Shown one piece after another: positions 44,401 to 54,499 of a stretch of DNA of 64,000 nucleotides. The notes beneath the pieces are model-generated. The model saw nothing but the letters and a program-made list of their open reading frames with translations, was not told the origin of the DNA and did no database searches. Made by a program: the position numbers and the translations under genes. Each line of letters begins with the position of its first letter. The first letter of the stretch is position 1. Where the stretch lies: IMG/VR virus record IMGVR_UViG_3300029305_011606; one strand, written 5' to 3'. The stretch comes from an uncultured virus (IMG/VR IMGVR_UViG_3300029305_011606) (Duplodnaviria; Heunggongvirae; Uroviricota; Caudoviricetes).

Positions 44401-47153
44401 CGCTGGTCGCTGCCGCAGAGGGTATGGCTGCCATCAATGCGGAGCTGGATGCCCAGTACGATAAGGAGTACGCAGTTATCCAGCTCATTGAGGACAGTAC
44501 GGAACGGCAAGCCGCAATGGACGAACTCAATGCTCGGTATACCGCAGACCGGCTGGCAGCGGCGCGCGAATACGCCCAGACAATGGCCGGGATCGTTACC
44601 CCTGTGTGGGAACAGGAGAATATCCAGCAGGCAAAGACAGATATCGACGAACTGGTACAACTGCTCAGAGCGTATCAGCTGGCACAGCCCAGTGAACGTC
44701 CTGCGATCCTGACTCAGATGGAGGAACTGGCTGCCACAATGGACGAAGGCGCTCTGACCGAGTACCTTTCGGTGCTGACACAGATACAGAGCCTGATGGA
44801 CAGCGGAATGTCGGAGTCGGAAATCCAGGCCATGTTCCCGGAGATCGACTTCTCGACCGCACTGGAGCAGATCGCCTCGATCCAGACCTTCCTCAACAAC
44901 CGTGAGCTGGAGCTTCCGGGTCTGACATCTATGTTTGGCGAGGCGCTCCCGGAGGAAGTTCTGAAGATCGCCACGGACCTCGATATGACCGGCGCACAAG
45001 CACGATGGAATGAATTCGCCGCCAATCCCGGCGCGATCACCACGGATGCCATTATCGCCAATATTACAGAGAATGAGGCGACGGTCAAGGTACAGCCCCA
45101 GGTGGACGCCTTTGTTGCCAAGTATACCGAAATTCCGGAGGGCGCAGACAAGGCCAGTCTGACTCCTACCGGCATCGTGGCCTATGTGACTTCCTTTGCT
45201 GAAGCGACCACGGGCGCAGATGTTTCGGCGCTGAATCCCACCAATGTAACAGCAATGGTCACGGCCTACAAGGAGCTGGCGGAAGGCGCAGATATCACCA
45301 CGCTCAAGCCCGGCGAGATCGTGGCTTATATCACCAAGTATCTGGAAGCTGAAGGCGTGGACATGACGGGGCTGACCCCTGATGCGATTACGGCCTTCGT
45401 TCCGGCTTATCAGGAGGTCACGGGCGGTGCGCTCACTACGGCGCTGAAGCCGAGCGATGTGACGGCAATGGTGGTCAAGTATCTGGAGGCCGAGGGCGTT
45501 GATCTCTCGGCGCTTTCGCCGGATCAGATTGAAGCCATCGTGAGCAGCTTTGCCGAGGCGACCAACTGCGACAAGTCTCAGCTCCTGAAGGACTTTACAG
45601 TGTACATCAGCCGCTATGATGACAGCGGCGCAGTCATGCCATCTCTCGAAGGAAAGATCGGAATCTATGGATATGATCTTCTGGCTTATCGGCAATTCAT
45701 CAAAGACAATCCTGTCGAGATTGCCGGTGTCCTGAAGCTCAGCGAGGTGTATGAGGACCCGACTTCTGCGCTTGGTGATGCCGGTACGAAATACTGGATG
45801 GATGGCGTGGAGATTCCGGCCTCTATGGTCACTACGGACATGCTCACTGCTGACCGAGTGGCAATTCTGGGTCAGGATGGTACCATGCACATCCTCATCA
45901 CGCCCGAGGTCACAGGCACTCAGGAGGCAATCGACGCCATCCAGCCACTGGTGGATCAGGTGGATCAGCTGGGGGTAACGAGTGCGGGCAAGGCGATAGG
46001 TCTTGTGCCGATGACCACCATTGACCTGATCGAATCAGCGGTTGGTCGCATCAATTCCTATACGAAAACATTGGACTACAATGGTTTGCAGAAGTTCTGG
46101 GCAGCGATCTGCGGTGAAAGCACCAACCTGAGTGTACTCAATCAGAGTATGACCTATGATTTTTCGGCGGATACCATTGCAGAGCTCTCGACCTATGTGG
46201 CGGAGGTTGTCTCAGCCATCAAGCAGGGAAAACAGGTGTCCGAAGATGACTTAAATAACCTTCAGCAGATTGTTACCTTCCTGAACGGACTTGATACCTA
46301 CGGTATTGGTACACACATTCTGGAAGGCGTGGGCGTAGGCATGACAGAAGCAGGCTGGGACAGCAATGCTGAAACGGTTGCAGCCAATCTGGAAGCCGCT
46401 CTCAATATGGCGCTTGGCATTCAGTCACCCTCCACTCGCGTAAAGCCGGTTGGCGACAATGTATCTGCCGGCGTAGGCGTGGGCATGACGGAGCATGACT
46501 TCACAGCTGATGCGTCGACCGTAGCAACGAATCTGGTGGCAGCACTGGATAGCGCACTCACTTCCACACTGCTGACAGGAACGGCTACCACCACGATGGG
46601 TGGCCTTGCCTCTGGCATGACGGCATACAGCTTCGTGACTACGGGCAGTACCGTCAGCGCAGGCGTGAAGAGTGCCTTGTCTGCCAGCCTGAACAGCATG
46701 ACGCTCCGTTCTGTGGGTGTAAATGCAATGGGTGGTCTGAAGGCCGGTATCAATGCCGGAAAATCCGGTGTGATCTCCGCCATGCGCTCTGCGGCCAGCG
46801 CCGCTGTTCGTGCCGCCAAGAGCCAGTTGAAGATTGCTTCTCCTTCCGGCGTGTTCCGGGATGAGGTCGGCGTGATGACCATGCGCGGCTTTGGCGAAGG
46901 TGTTCTTGAGGAAAGCAAGCGTCAGCAGAAGGTTATTCGCAATGCTTCGCGTTTCCTGACTGATTCCGCAAAAGAAGGTTTCATCGCCTATTCCAACAAC
47001 GATAACCGCAGAACCTACAACACCAACCAGTCGGTCAACCTGACCGTACAGTCCATGCAGATCCGGGATGAACAGGATATCCGCAGTTTGGCAGTGGAGA
47101 TTGCAACGCTGACACGGCGTCAGCAGCGAGGTCGCGGATTGCGTTTAGCCTGA
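41415..47153 (+). CDS. Tape measure protein (TP901 core)
   Basis: 1912 aa, coiled-coil N-terminus, DFESSFASVRKT core, IASPS motifs. Confidence 0.95.
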   Translation: MSETLRDLVVRLSLNSDNFTRNIKSINKQIQEAQSTFQMAAAGVENFENTTAGLASKLNMLDRTLSLQQDALLQYYKALEQANAKLRECYDRQNDYAQRLVDAQNKQQQLKEEVRRAAEAYRNYARTLGESDSATIAVKANLDALKVEYRESVQQVKLLRGQNVALTKATQNAADAVSTAQTRYNLASGAVAETSAEIEKCRNALDLSMTSWDAAGEEIKQAEQAIISIGKQMKQAESRFKLAAAGVKEFDKSAEGLTAKLTLLNEKQRFQTQAVEEYERKLEAAREQLRAAQSVNDPDKIRQATDAVTDAETALNNARAELKQTRAEIENTNKELKTAQSAWTSAGKSMESFGKKCDKVGQSMSKAGQLLSTTVTTPIVALGATAVKASLDFESSFASVRKTVDATEQEFDALAATSKRMSTEIATSTSEINEVMATGGQLGIANEYLESFTRTMIDLGNSCEDLDASEAASTIAKFANIMGTNQGLFQNIGSTIVALGNNFATTEKPIMEMAQRLAGAGKQVGLTEAQILGFATAFSSVGIEAEMGGSAFSKALIKMEVACATGGEALDDFAMVCGMSAEQFKYLFEVDPAAAFQAFILSLAQMDEEGMSAIAVLDEIGIAEVRLRDTMLRAVNATDLFAETQAVANTAWNENNALTEEANKRYATTASRLTNLKNKALLFAQQLGDDLNPTIQSLIDSADELLDSFLQMDESQRQQIIRMAAYAAAAGPVILTLGKITTGVGKAVTGIGKFATAVGAAGGGFKGFMAVLSKSPAVWLAVAAAVVVGTVALADYISGAKEAREALEGMNETAEKWKDTAAETFYGNSEGLSFFGMSKEDFTRDKGNAEEWLAGLIAVWTDGQKESDEIVTQWTESFKALTGSTREALLDLKNTADAGGYTSVSDSLAADLEQLDAIDAEIERLLKRRQNGYFSEKDKIRLQELIDTREAIEVKYHLTEADTEGFETIREKLEAEVARANALGKSDADVAVYENALVAAAEGMAAINAELDAQYDKEYAVIQLIEDSTERQAAMDELNARYTADRLAAAREYAQTMAGIVTPVWEQENIQQAKTDIDELVQLLRAYQLAQPSERPAILTQMEELAATMDEGALTEYLSVLTQIQSLMDSGMSESEIQAMFPEIDFSTALEQIASIQTFLNNRELELPGLTSMFGEALPEEVLKIATDLDMTGAQARWNEFAANPGAITTDAIIANITENEATVKVQPQVDAFVAKYTEIPEGADKASLTPTGIVAYVTSFAEATTGADVSALNPTNVTAMVTAYKELAEGADITTLKPGEIVAYITKYLEAEGVDMTGLTPDAITAFVPAYQEVTGGALTTALKPSDVTAMVVKYLEAEGVDLSALSPDQIEAIVSSFAEATNCDKSQLLKDFTVYISRYDDSGAVMPSLEGKIGIYGYDLLAYRQFIKDNPVEIAGVLKLSEVYEDPTSALGDAGTKYWMDGVEIPASMVTTDMLTADRVAILGQDGTMHILITPEVTGTQEAIDAIQPLVDQVDQLGVTSAGKAIGLVPMTTIDLIESAVGRINSYTKTLDYNGLQKFWAAICGESTNLSVLNQSMTYDFSADTIAELSTYVAEVVSAIKQGKQVSEDDLNNLQQIVTFLNGLDTYGIGTHILEGVGVGMTEAGWDSNAETVAANLEAALNMALGIQSPSTRVKPVGDNVSAGVGVGMTEHDFTADASTVATNLVAALDSALTSTLLTGTATTTMGGLASGMTAYSFVTTGSTVSAGVKSALSASLNSMTLRSVGVNAMGGLKAGINAGKSGVISAMRSAASAAVRAAKSQLKIASPSGVFRDEVGVMTMRGFGEGVLEESKRQQKVIRNASRFLTDSAKEGFIAYSNNDNRRTYNTNQSVNLTVQSMQIRDEQDIRSLAVEIATLTRRQQRGRGLRLA

Positions 47154-47247
47154 TTGATACGGAATTGATAACTTTCCCATCTATCGCTTGACTTTCTCCT
47201 TTAGTAGAGCGTATATGTCACTACCCCAAAAGGGAGGAGGTGCAACG

Positions 47248-47448
47248 ATGCGAAACGACCCTTACGACCCGATGCGGCCCTGCTGCCTGAGCTGCCCGAA
47301 CAGCTTCTCCCTGCCTGCGGATGAGCCTTTTGATGATGACTCCGTGGAAGGGCATGATCGGCTGATCTGTATGCTCAAGCGAAGGCCCGTGGACGAAAAA
47401 GGATGCTGTAATGAGCATCCGGATAATCTGGAGGAGGAAGCGAAATGA
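47248..47448 (+). CDS. Small Cys-rich hypothetical protein
   Basis: RBS GGAGGAGG downstream of the conserved promoter motif. Confidence 0.6.
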   Translation: MRNDPYDPMRPCCLSCPNSFSLPADEPFDDDSVEGHDRLICMLKRRPVDEKGCCNEHPDNLEEEAK

Positions 47449-47735
47449 AGGTGGCTGTCTACTGCCGGGTGGGAACAGCGAATCAGCTGAAGGCCCAGTT
47501 CCCGATGAAAGAGGAAGTCGAAAGGCTTCGCCGGCAGTATCCAGCAGGAACACGAATTCGTCTGATATCTACGGATGATCCTTACACCAAAGCTGTTCCT
47601 GGCGATATGGCGACGGTAAAAGGTGTGGATGACGCTGGTCAGCTGATGCTGAAATGGGATCTTGGGAACACCAGTATTTCGCTGATCCCCGGCGTGGACT
47701 GCTTTGAGAAGATTGAGGAGGACAAGCACGAATGA
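47445..47735 (+). CDS. DUF4314 domain protein
   Basis: LRRQYPAGTRIRL..DPY..GD..TV..VDDAG..WD..LIPGVD. Confidence 0.85.
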   Translation: MKVAVYCRVGTANQLKAQFPMKEEVERLRRQYPAGTRIRLISTDDPYTKAVPGDMATVKGVDDAGQLMLKWDLGNTSISLIPGVDCFEKIEEDKHE

Positions 47736-48415
47736 GCCATTATGTTGCTGCTGTTTTCAGCAAAACACCTGAAGAAGTTGCTGAAATGATGGAACCATAC
47801 AATGAGGTCGTGGATGCGGCTTCTCCGTATTCCGAGTTCTATGCGGATGAGGAGTACGACTACGACGAAACTGCTAAGCAGAAAGGCCATTGGTTCAACC
47901 CCAATGCCCGCTGGGACTGGTGGGAGATCGGTGGACGCTGGTCGAAGCTGCTCCGTCTGAGGAATGGTAAGCCCGGCCAGGTGAGCATTCGGAATAAAGA
48001 CTTCTCGTGCAGGCTGGAGGCCAGCACGGATGGTCTGTGTGATCAGGCGCTGGCTGCGGACTGCGATTTCAGCATGGATCAGAAGCGATACGACGAGGCG
48101 GTTCGTTTCTGGGAGGTCATTGTGGAGGAACAGCCTCTGCGCGAGGGCGAGGAAATTTTCAGTCACCTCAATGGCAAGTATTTTCTGGAACGCTACAGGG
48201 ATAAGGAAGCCTATGCGCTGGAGCGAGGCAAGAGCCTGCCCTTTGCCTTTGTAGCTTCGGATGGTTCCTGGCATGAAGCCGGGAAGATGGGCTGGTTCGG
48301 GATCGACGATGCAACGGCAGAAAGCCGGGAAAAGTACCGTCAGGAATGGGAATCAGAACTTCAGAAGGGCATTGAGCAGGGATTGACTCTTACAATGGTT
48401 GACTGCCATATCTGA
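47732..48415 (+). CDS. Hypothetical phage protein
   Basis: MSHY, NPNARWDWW.IGGRW, G.MGWFG, VDCHI. Confidence 0.8.
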   Translation: MSHYVAAVFSKTPEEVAEMMEPYNEVVDAASPYSEFYADEEYDYDETAKQKGHWFNPNARWDWWEIGGRWSKLLRLRNGKPGQVSIRNKDFSCRLEASTDGLCDQALAADCDFSMDQKRYDEAVRFWEVIVEEQPLREGEEIFSHLNGKYFLERYRDKEAYALERGKSLPFAFVASDGSWHEAGKMGWFGIDDATAESREKYRQEWESELQKGIEQGLTLTMVDCHI

Positions 48416-48427
48416 GGAGAACGCAAA

Positions 48428-48985
48428 ATGAACGAACAGAGAATCATGATCGGTGCCTTCACACAGGTGTCGGATAAGATGCGGGCAAGCGACCCGTGCT
48501 ACGACAAAGACGTCTGGTGCGCCCATTGCTTTGACCGGGTGGCCAAGGGCGAATGGATCGCCGAGATCGTCGTTTCGGATGAGGGCGAATGGGGTCAGCG
48601 CGTGTCCCAGCTCATCGTGTCCCACAAGGCTGTGAACGACCATGTCCTGATCGATGATCCTGAGTTTGAAGCCGGTGTGGACAGCGGTCAGCTGGGCTTC
48701 TTCGATGATCAGTTTTACCTGAACGGAGCCGTGCTGCCCAAGGCTATGATCCAGCCTTCTTCCATTGGCCTGCCGATGGAAACAAGCCGGGATATATGGT
48801 ACAGCGTATGCTGTGACCTGACGCTTAAGGCAAAGGCTGGTATTTTGCCAAATGGCGCGGTGGCCCGCTCCGGCTTTGGCGACGGCTGTTATCCTGTCAT
48901 TCCCAGTCGGGACGAACTTGGCAGGCTGCGCCGACTCACGGTGATCTTCATCGGTGATGAAGAAGAATGCGCCGAGGAGGAATAA
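48428..48985 (+). CDS. DUF4241-like protein
   Basis: SDPCY, GVDSGQLGFFD, SGFGDGCYPV. Confidence 0.7.
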   Translation: MNEQRIMIGAFTQVSDKMRASDPCYDKDVWCAHCFDRVAKGEWIAEIVVSDEGEWGQRVSQLIVSHKAVNDHVLIDDPEFEAGVDSGQLGFFDDQFYLNGAVLPKAMIQPSSIGLPMETSRDIWYSVCCDLTLKAKAGILPNGAVARSGFGDGCYPVIPSRDELGRLRRLTVIFIGDEEECAEEE

Positions 48986-48988
48986 GCG

Positions 48989-49204
48989 ATGGAAAAGCTC
49001 ACAGTCCGCTTCAATCGCCGAGACGAATCCGGCAACATCTTCTGGATTCTGCGGGCTCTGGTCGATGAGTGCAAGCGTACCGGCACAGATCCTACACTGT
49101 ACAAGGAGATGCTTGAGCGCATCCTTGCGGCAGAGAGCTACGAAGATGCACTTGCCATCATCGACGAAAAGGTCAACCTGATCGATGAAACACCTAAGGA
49201 ATAA
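48989..49204 (+). CDS. Small hypothetical protein
   Basis: GNIFWIL...SYEDALAII motif; RBS GGAGG. Confidence 0.7.
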   Translation: MEKLTVRFNRRDESGNIFWILRALVDECKRTGTDPTLYKEMLERILAAESYEDALAIIDEKVNLIDETPKE

Positions 49205-49222
49205 ACAATACGATATGACCCA

Positions 49223-49247
49223 CAGGCCGTCCTTCGGGGCGGCCTTC
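49223..49247 (+). terminator. Hairpin ending the moron cassette
   Basis: AGGCCGTCC-TTCG-GGGCGGCCTT. Confidence 0.6.
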
Positions 49248-49270
49248 CTCGTGGTCGGAAAGGAGCACGA

Positions 49271-49969
49271 GTGAACGATTGGTTTGCATTCAACGGTGTG
49301 CGCTGTACGGAGTTCGGCATCCATGTGTCGGAACAGCCACCCATCACATTCCCGGCAGAACGCTCCAGTTTTACAGATGTGCCGGGACGAAGCGGTTCTC
49401 TTACCACCCTCGAAGGTGAGGATGTGTATGATGATCTGCTTCTGACGGCAACATGCTTCATTCAAAACACGGAAAGAATCGATGAGATTTCTTCTTATTT
49501 AAAAGGAGCAGGAACCGTGACCTTCGCCAACCGTCCGAAGGGATTCTACTACGGTCGCATCGTCAATCAAATCCCATTTGAGAAGATTCTGCGCGGCAAT
49601 CCTCATCGGAGCTTTTCGGTCAACTTCCGCTGCAAGCCGTTCCTGTACCTGAATGATTCGCCTATATACAGCCTGACCCAGTCAGGGCAGTTTCTCACCA
49701 ATCCCGGTGCTGTATCCTCCGAGCCAGTCATCACGATCTACGGCAGCGGAGATATCACCCTCATGGTGGGCATGAACATCGTGGAACTGACAGAGGTCAG
49801 TGAGAGCATCACGATAGATACACCACTCATGGAAGCGTATCGGGGAAGTACCTCGATGAACCGCTGCATGAGTGGTGAATTTCCAATGCTCGTACCGGGA
49901 GCCAACGCCATCAGCTGGTCTGGCAGTGTGTCAAGGGTGATGATCCAGCCCAATTGGCGGACGCTGTAA
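49271..49969 (+). CDS. Distal tail protein (Dit)
   Basis: FNG..FGI, VPGRSG.L, F.CKPF.Y, NPG..EP.I.I.G. Confidence 0.85.
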   Translation: MNDWFAFNGVRCTEFGIHVSEQPPITFPAERSSFTDVPGRSGSLTTLEGEDVYDDLLLTATCFIQNTERIDEISSYLKGAGTVTFANRPKGFYYGRIVNQIPFEKILRGNPHRSFSVNFRCKPFLYLNDSPIYSLTQSGQFLTNPGAVSSEPVITIYGSGDITLMVGMNIVELTEVSESITIDTPLMEAYRGSTSMNRCMSGEFPMLVPGANAISWSGSVSRVMIQPNWRTL

Positions 49970-49997
49970 TACTTTGAGCGCGAGGAGGTGACGCCCC

Positions 49998-52766
49998 ATG
50001 ATCTGTGTATACGAATCGACCTGTACGGACTTTTCCAACAATGGTCTGGGGCTGGTGTCGCCTCAGTCCTGTACGGTAACAGAGACCCTCAACGGCGAAT
50101 GGGAATTGACGCTGGTTCACCCCATTGACGAACAGGGCAAGTGGGGACGGCTCATCGAGGGCAATATCCTCCGCGTTCCCGTCCCGGCGGCAATCACGCC
50201 GCAGATCGATCTGGTCATCCAGAACAATCAGTCTGTTGTTGCGGATGTGCTCATCTACAAAGTGGCCACGTCCAGTGGCAAGCTCAACCTTCGTTCTGGT
50301 ACCGGCACCAAGTACAAGCGGCTCGGCCAGTACAAAAAAGGAACGGAAATCATCGTTCTGAACAAGACCACTTCCAGCTGGTATGAGGTTACATGCCCTG
50401 ACGGTAAGCACGGATATATGTCCGCGCAGTATCTGGAATATGTGCGCACCGACCAGCAGGAAACGCAAACGAATACCGGCTTTCAAAATCAGACCATTCA
50501 GACCCGGCAGCTTCGTGACCAGCCCTTTCGTATATACCGGGTAGTGCCTGAACTCAGCAAGATCACGGTCTACGCCCGGCATGTGTTCTATGACCTGATC
50601 GACAACATGGTGAAGTCGCTGAGACCGGCTTCCTCTACTGTGGGCGCGTCCGTGGTGCAGACGCTCTCTCAGAGCTGCCTGTCCGAGCATGATTTCACCT
50701 TCTATTCCGACCTCACCTCAACAGCAGAAGAGGTGAGGCTGGAAAACCTCAACCCTGTGGAGTGCATGCTGGGCGAAGGCGGCATCGTGGAGAAGTACCG
50801 GGCGGAGCTGGTTCGTGACTGGTTTGATGTGTTCCTGGTAGATCGTGTCGGTCACGACACTGATGTGCAGATCCGAGAAAAGAAGAATCTGCTGGGTATC
50901 TCCTACGATGTGGACGAGACCGGCGTGGTCACAAGGATCATGCCCACCGGCGAGGATGCAGATGGAAACCTTCTGTACCTCCCGGAACTCTACATCGACA
51001 GCCCCAACATCGATGCCTATCCGCATCCCAAGTGGATACACCTTGCGGTATCTGAAGCCAAGGAAGTCACCGAGGATATCAATGAAGACGATGACGAAGA
51101 TCCTCGAAAGACCAAGGCACAGTGCTATGAGGAGATGCGCAAGGCGGCTGCGGCGGAGTATGAAAAGGGCTGCGATCTGCCCACCATCACCCTCAAGGTG
51201 GACTTCATTGACTGCGCCAATACGGAGGAATACAAGCAGTACCGGGCGCTGACCGAGATTTTTCTGGGCGATGCAGTCCGGGTCATCGCGCCTCGCATCG
51301 GCGTGGAAGTGTCCATGCGCATGACCCAGTATACCTACGACTGCCTGCTGAAAAAGTACACCTCCGTGACCCTCGGCACGGTGGCGGATACCATTGAGGG
51401 CAATATGATCTCCATTCGCCAGTTGGCGGCAGGGAGTATTACTGGCGCGAAGCTGGCCATCAACTCCGTGGGTGCGGGTCAGCTTCAGTCTGGGTCGGTG
51501 GGCAGTCTCCAAATCAAGAATGCGGCCATCGGCGGTGCGCATATCCAGAACGCATCCATCACGCAGGCGCATATTGCGGAAGCCCTGATCGATGTGCTGA
51601 ATGTCAACGCCCTCAATGCTGTGACTGCCAAGATACAGGAGCTGGTGGCCGGGAGCATTACCACAGATGAGTTGTATGCTTCCATCGCTGCCATTGCCAC
51701 AGCGCAGATCACGACCGCCAACATTGTCAATGCCAATATCGACTGGGCGCATATCGACAGTCTGACCGCCAAGGTCGCGGAGATCGGCAAGGCCCAGATC
51801 AATACGGCGAATATCAATGAAGCCAACATTGAGTGGGCAGCCATTACCAGTCTGACCGCTGCGGCGGCTGAGATTTTCAAAGCCGAAATCGGATCGGCGG
51901 ATATTGACTGGGCGCACATCAAAGACCTGGCCACGGATACGGCCATCATCACACAGGGTGTGGGCGGAGAACTCTACATTGCCCGCCTTGCTGTGACGGA
52001 AGCCAACATGGTCAGTTTGAATGTGGGTGAACTGGTGGTGAAGGGTACGGACGGGTGCTTCTATTCCGTGTCGGTCAACGATGAGGGCGAAGTAATTACA
52101 ACGCTGAAACAGGTGGCGAATGATGATGTGGCTGACCTGTCCATCAATGCCGGGGAGAAGATCATCGAGGGGACGGTCACAGCAGCTACCCTCAACACCC
52201 AGGACATCTTCGCCAACAACGCCATCATCAAGAGCCTGATTGCTGCCAACCTCGATGTGGATGCGCTGTTCGCACGGGAGGCAACCATCAACGCGCTCAA
52301 CGCAATGGACATTACCTCCAATACCTACCTGAAGCTGATGGTGGAGAAGAAAGCCGATCAGTCCGGTGTAGATAAGCTGGCGGAGCGCATGTCCAAAGCA
52401 GAACTGAAGATCACGGATGACAGCATTGTCAGCACGGTCACAGGCAGCACAGCTTACCAGCAGCAACAACAGCAGATCTATTCCGATATGGATGCGCTGC
52501 TGGGCTATCGCATCGAGATCAGAGCGACCACGGTATTCCTTACAGAAAACGTGCGCAGTACCACCCTGACTGCCCGTGTCTGGCACGGCAGTATCGATGT
52601 CACGGATAATATCCCTGCATCCCGGTTTCGTTGGATCAGAGAAAGCCAGGACAGCATGGCGGACGCTGTCTGGAACAACAGCCATACGGGACTCAAGTCC
52701 GTGCTGGTTTCAACGGCAGATGTGCTTCGACAGGCGTCCTTTCAATGTGAACTGCTGAGTGAATAA
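49998..52766 (+). CDS. Tail hub/endopeptidase-family (Tal) protein with SH3 insertion
   Basis: NGEWEL.L.HP, QPFRIY, KNL.G, TRIMP.G; SH3b-like LNLRSG.GT.Y..WYEV..GYMS. Confidence 0.85.
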   Translation: MICVYESTCTDFSNNGLGLVSPQSCTVTETLNGEWELTLVHPIDEQGKWGRLIEGNILRVPVPAAITPQIDLVIQNNQSVVADVLIYKVATSSGKLNLRSGTGTKYKRLGQYKKGTEIIVLNKTTSSWYEVTCPDGKHGYMSAQYLEYVRTDQQETQTNTGFQNQTIQTRQLRDQPFRIYRVVPELSKITVYARHVFYDLIDNMVKSLRPASSTVGASVVQTLSQSCLSEHDFTFYSDLTSTAEEVRLENLNPVECMLGEGGIVEKYRAELVRDWFDVFLVDRVGHDTDVQIREKKNLLGISYDVDETGVVTRIMPTGEDADGNLLYLPELYIDSPNIDAYPHPKWIHLAVSEAKEVTEDINEDDDEDPRKTKAQCYEEMRKAAAAEYEKGCDLPTITLKVDFIDCANTEEYKQYRALTEIFLGDAVRVIAPRIGVEVSMRMTQYTYDCLLKKYTSVTLGTVADTIEGNMISIRQLAAGSITGAKLAINSVGAGQLQSGSVGSLQIKNAAIGGAHIQNASITQAHIAEALIDVLNVNALNAVTAKIQELVAGSITTDELYASIAAIATAQITTANIVNANIDWAHIDSLTAKVAEIGKAQINTANINEANIEWAAITSLTAAAAEIFKAEIGSADIDWAHIKDLATDTAIITQGVGGELYIARLAVTEANMVSLNVGELVVKGTDGCFYSVSVNDEGEVITTLKQVANDDVADLSINAGEKIIEGTVTAATLNTQDIFANNAIIKSLIAANLDVDALFAREATINALNAMDITSNTYLKLMVEKKADQSGVDKLAERMSKAELKITDDSIVSTVTGSTAYQQQQQQIYSDMDALLGYRIEIRATTVFLTENVRSTTLTARVWHGSIDVTDNIPASRFRWIRESQDSMADAVWNNSHTGLKSVLVSTADVLRQASFQCELLSE

Positions 52767-52784
52767 AAAAGGAGGAACTTCATC

Positions 52785-54452
52785 ATGGCCATCATTGCTA
52801 CAGGTCAAATCTCCATTGTAGATCTTTCGGACGGCAAAAGTCTGTCCTGTTACATCACCGCGAACCTGCCCAAGACGCAGATACTCGACCCCAATCCGGG
52901 CGGCAGCATCAACCCTGACTGGGCAGGCTCCACGCCCCTGAAGCTGACGCCTGTGGTGTTTGCCAACCAGACGGCGCTTGCCCTGAATGCTCCCGGCGTG
53001 GCTCTGACATGGAAGCGCAAGGAGGGCTCCGGCGCGGAGGCTGCGCTGACCACGGGTGAAACTGTGTCCAACGGCATCCTGACGGTCAGCACCAACAAGC
53101 TCACTTCCATTTCGTCCGGCCTGATTACCTATCTGTGCTATGTGACCTACACCGACCCGGAAACCAATATCCCGGTTAATGTGGTAGCGGATATCACCTT
53201 TAGCCAGATCAAGACGGCAGTCAACGCAGCTACCGTGTGGATCAGCGGTGAGCAACTGTTCAAATACACGGCTGCGAGTAGCGTATCGCCCGCTCAGATT
53301 GAACTGACTGCTAACCTCGTCAATGTCACCGTAAGCAAGTGGCAGTACAAGGACAGTTCTGGCGAATGGCAGGATTATCCCACCACCAGCGACAACGCTT
53401 CCATCTCTGCCGGTACGCTCATCGTAAAGCCTACGCACAATATTTTTGTCGGCGAGGGCGCAACGCTGCGCATCCTGACCAGCAATGAAGCTGTGTCCGA
53501 TGTGATGAGCATCTACAAGGTACGGGACGGCGCAGATGGTACGGTGGGCGCATCCGCTCCGACAGTCTTTCTGACCAATGAAAACATGACTTTCGCCGGG
53601 AATGTTTCGGGTCAGGTGGCGGCTACCACCAAGACCTGCAATGTGGTGGCCTACAGGGGTACAGGCAAAGTCACGCCCACTGTCGGCACAATCAGCGGCG
53701 CGCCCACAGGCATGACCGTGACCAAGGGCAGCGCCACCAATAACGAGATTCCGCTGACCATTACGGTTTCCGCCAATGCGACCCTCGGCGGCGCCGGTCA
53801 GCAGCAGGGTACGATCTCTGTTCCGATCACTTCTCCCGTTTCCACCACGCTTCTGATTCATTGGAGCAAGGTGAATACGGGAGCGACCGGCGCTGCGGGT
53901 GAGCCTGCCATTGTGTTCTCCCTCTATGCGCCCAACGGATCCGTGTTCAATAACGGTGCGGGTACGCTGACCATTCAGACTGCCGCCTACAGGGGAACGA
54001 CCGCCATCACCAGCGGAGCGACCTATGTGTGGAAGAAGTATACTTCCGGCGCATGGACGACCATCTCCGGGCAGACAGGCTCGTCTCTCTCTGTTTCGGG
54101 CAGCGAGGTCAACGGCATTCAGGCATACCAGTGCGTTATGACCTACAGCGGCAAGACCTACACCGATACCTTGACCCTGACGGATAAGACCGATAATTTT
54201 CAGGCCACCATTGAGAGCAGCGGCGGCGATGTGTTCAAGAATTCTGTCGGCACCAGCACCCTGCTTTGCAGGCTGTTCCAAAACGGGCAGGAAGTGGACA
54301 CGGCGGGCACGGAACACACCTACAAGTGGTATCGCCGGGATAAGGATGGCAACGCAATGGACAGCGGGAACGCCTTCGCCACCGGCAAGACGCTGGAAAT
54401 CGACGGGGACGATGTGGAGGTCAAGACCACGTTTATCTGCGAGGTGGAATGA
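52785..54452 (+). CDS. Tail/baseplate protein with Ig-like repeats
   Basis: ATGQISIVDLSD start; beta-rich repeats; position in tail module. Confidence 0.8.
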   Translation: MAIIATGQISIVDLSDGKSLSCYITANLPKTQILDPNPGGSINPDWAGSTPLKLTPVVFANQTALALNAPGVALTWKRKEGSGAEAALTTGETVSNGILTVSTNKLTSISSGLITYLCYVTYTDPETNIPVNVVADITFSQIKTAVNAATVWISGEQLFKYTAASSVSPAQIELTANLVNVTVSKWQYKDSSGEWQDYPTTSDNASISAGTLIVKPTHNIFVGEGATLRILTSNEAVSDVMSIYKVRDGADGTVGASAPTVFLTNENMTFAGNVSGQVAATTKTCNVVAYRGTGKVTPTVGTISGAPTGMTVTKGSATNNEIPLTITVSANATLGGAGQQQGTISVPITSPVSTTLLIHWSKVNTGATGAAGEPAIVFSLYAPNGSVFNNGAGTLTIQTAAYRGTTAITSGATYVWKKYTSGAWTTISGQTGSSLSVSGSEVNGIQAYQCVMTYSGKTYTDTLTLTDKTDNFQATIESSGGDVFKNSVGTSTLLCRLFQNGQEVDTAGTEHTYKWYRRDKDGNAMDSGNAFATGKTLEIDGDDVEVKTTFICEVE

Positions 54453-54499
54453 TGCGCCGTTCCGCTTCTTTGAGATGGGAGGTGGCGTAATTGCTTGCG

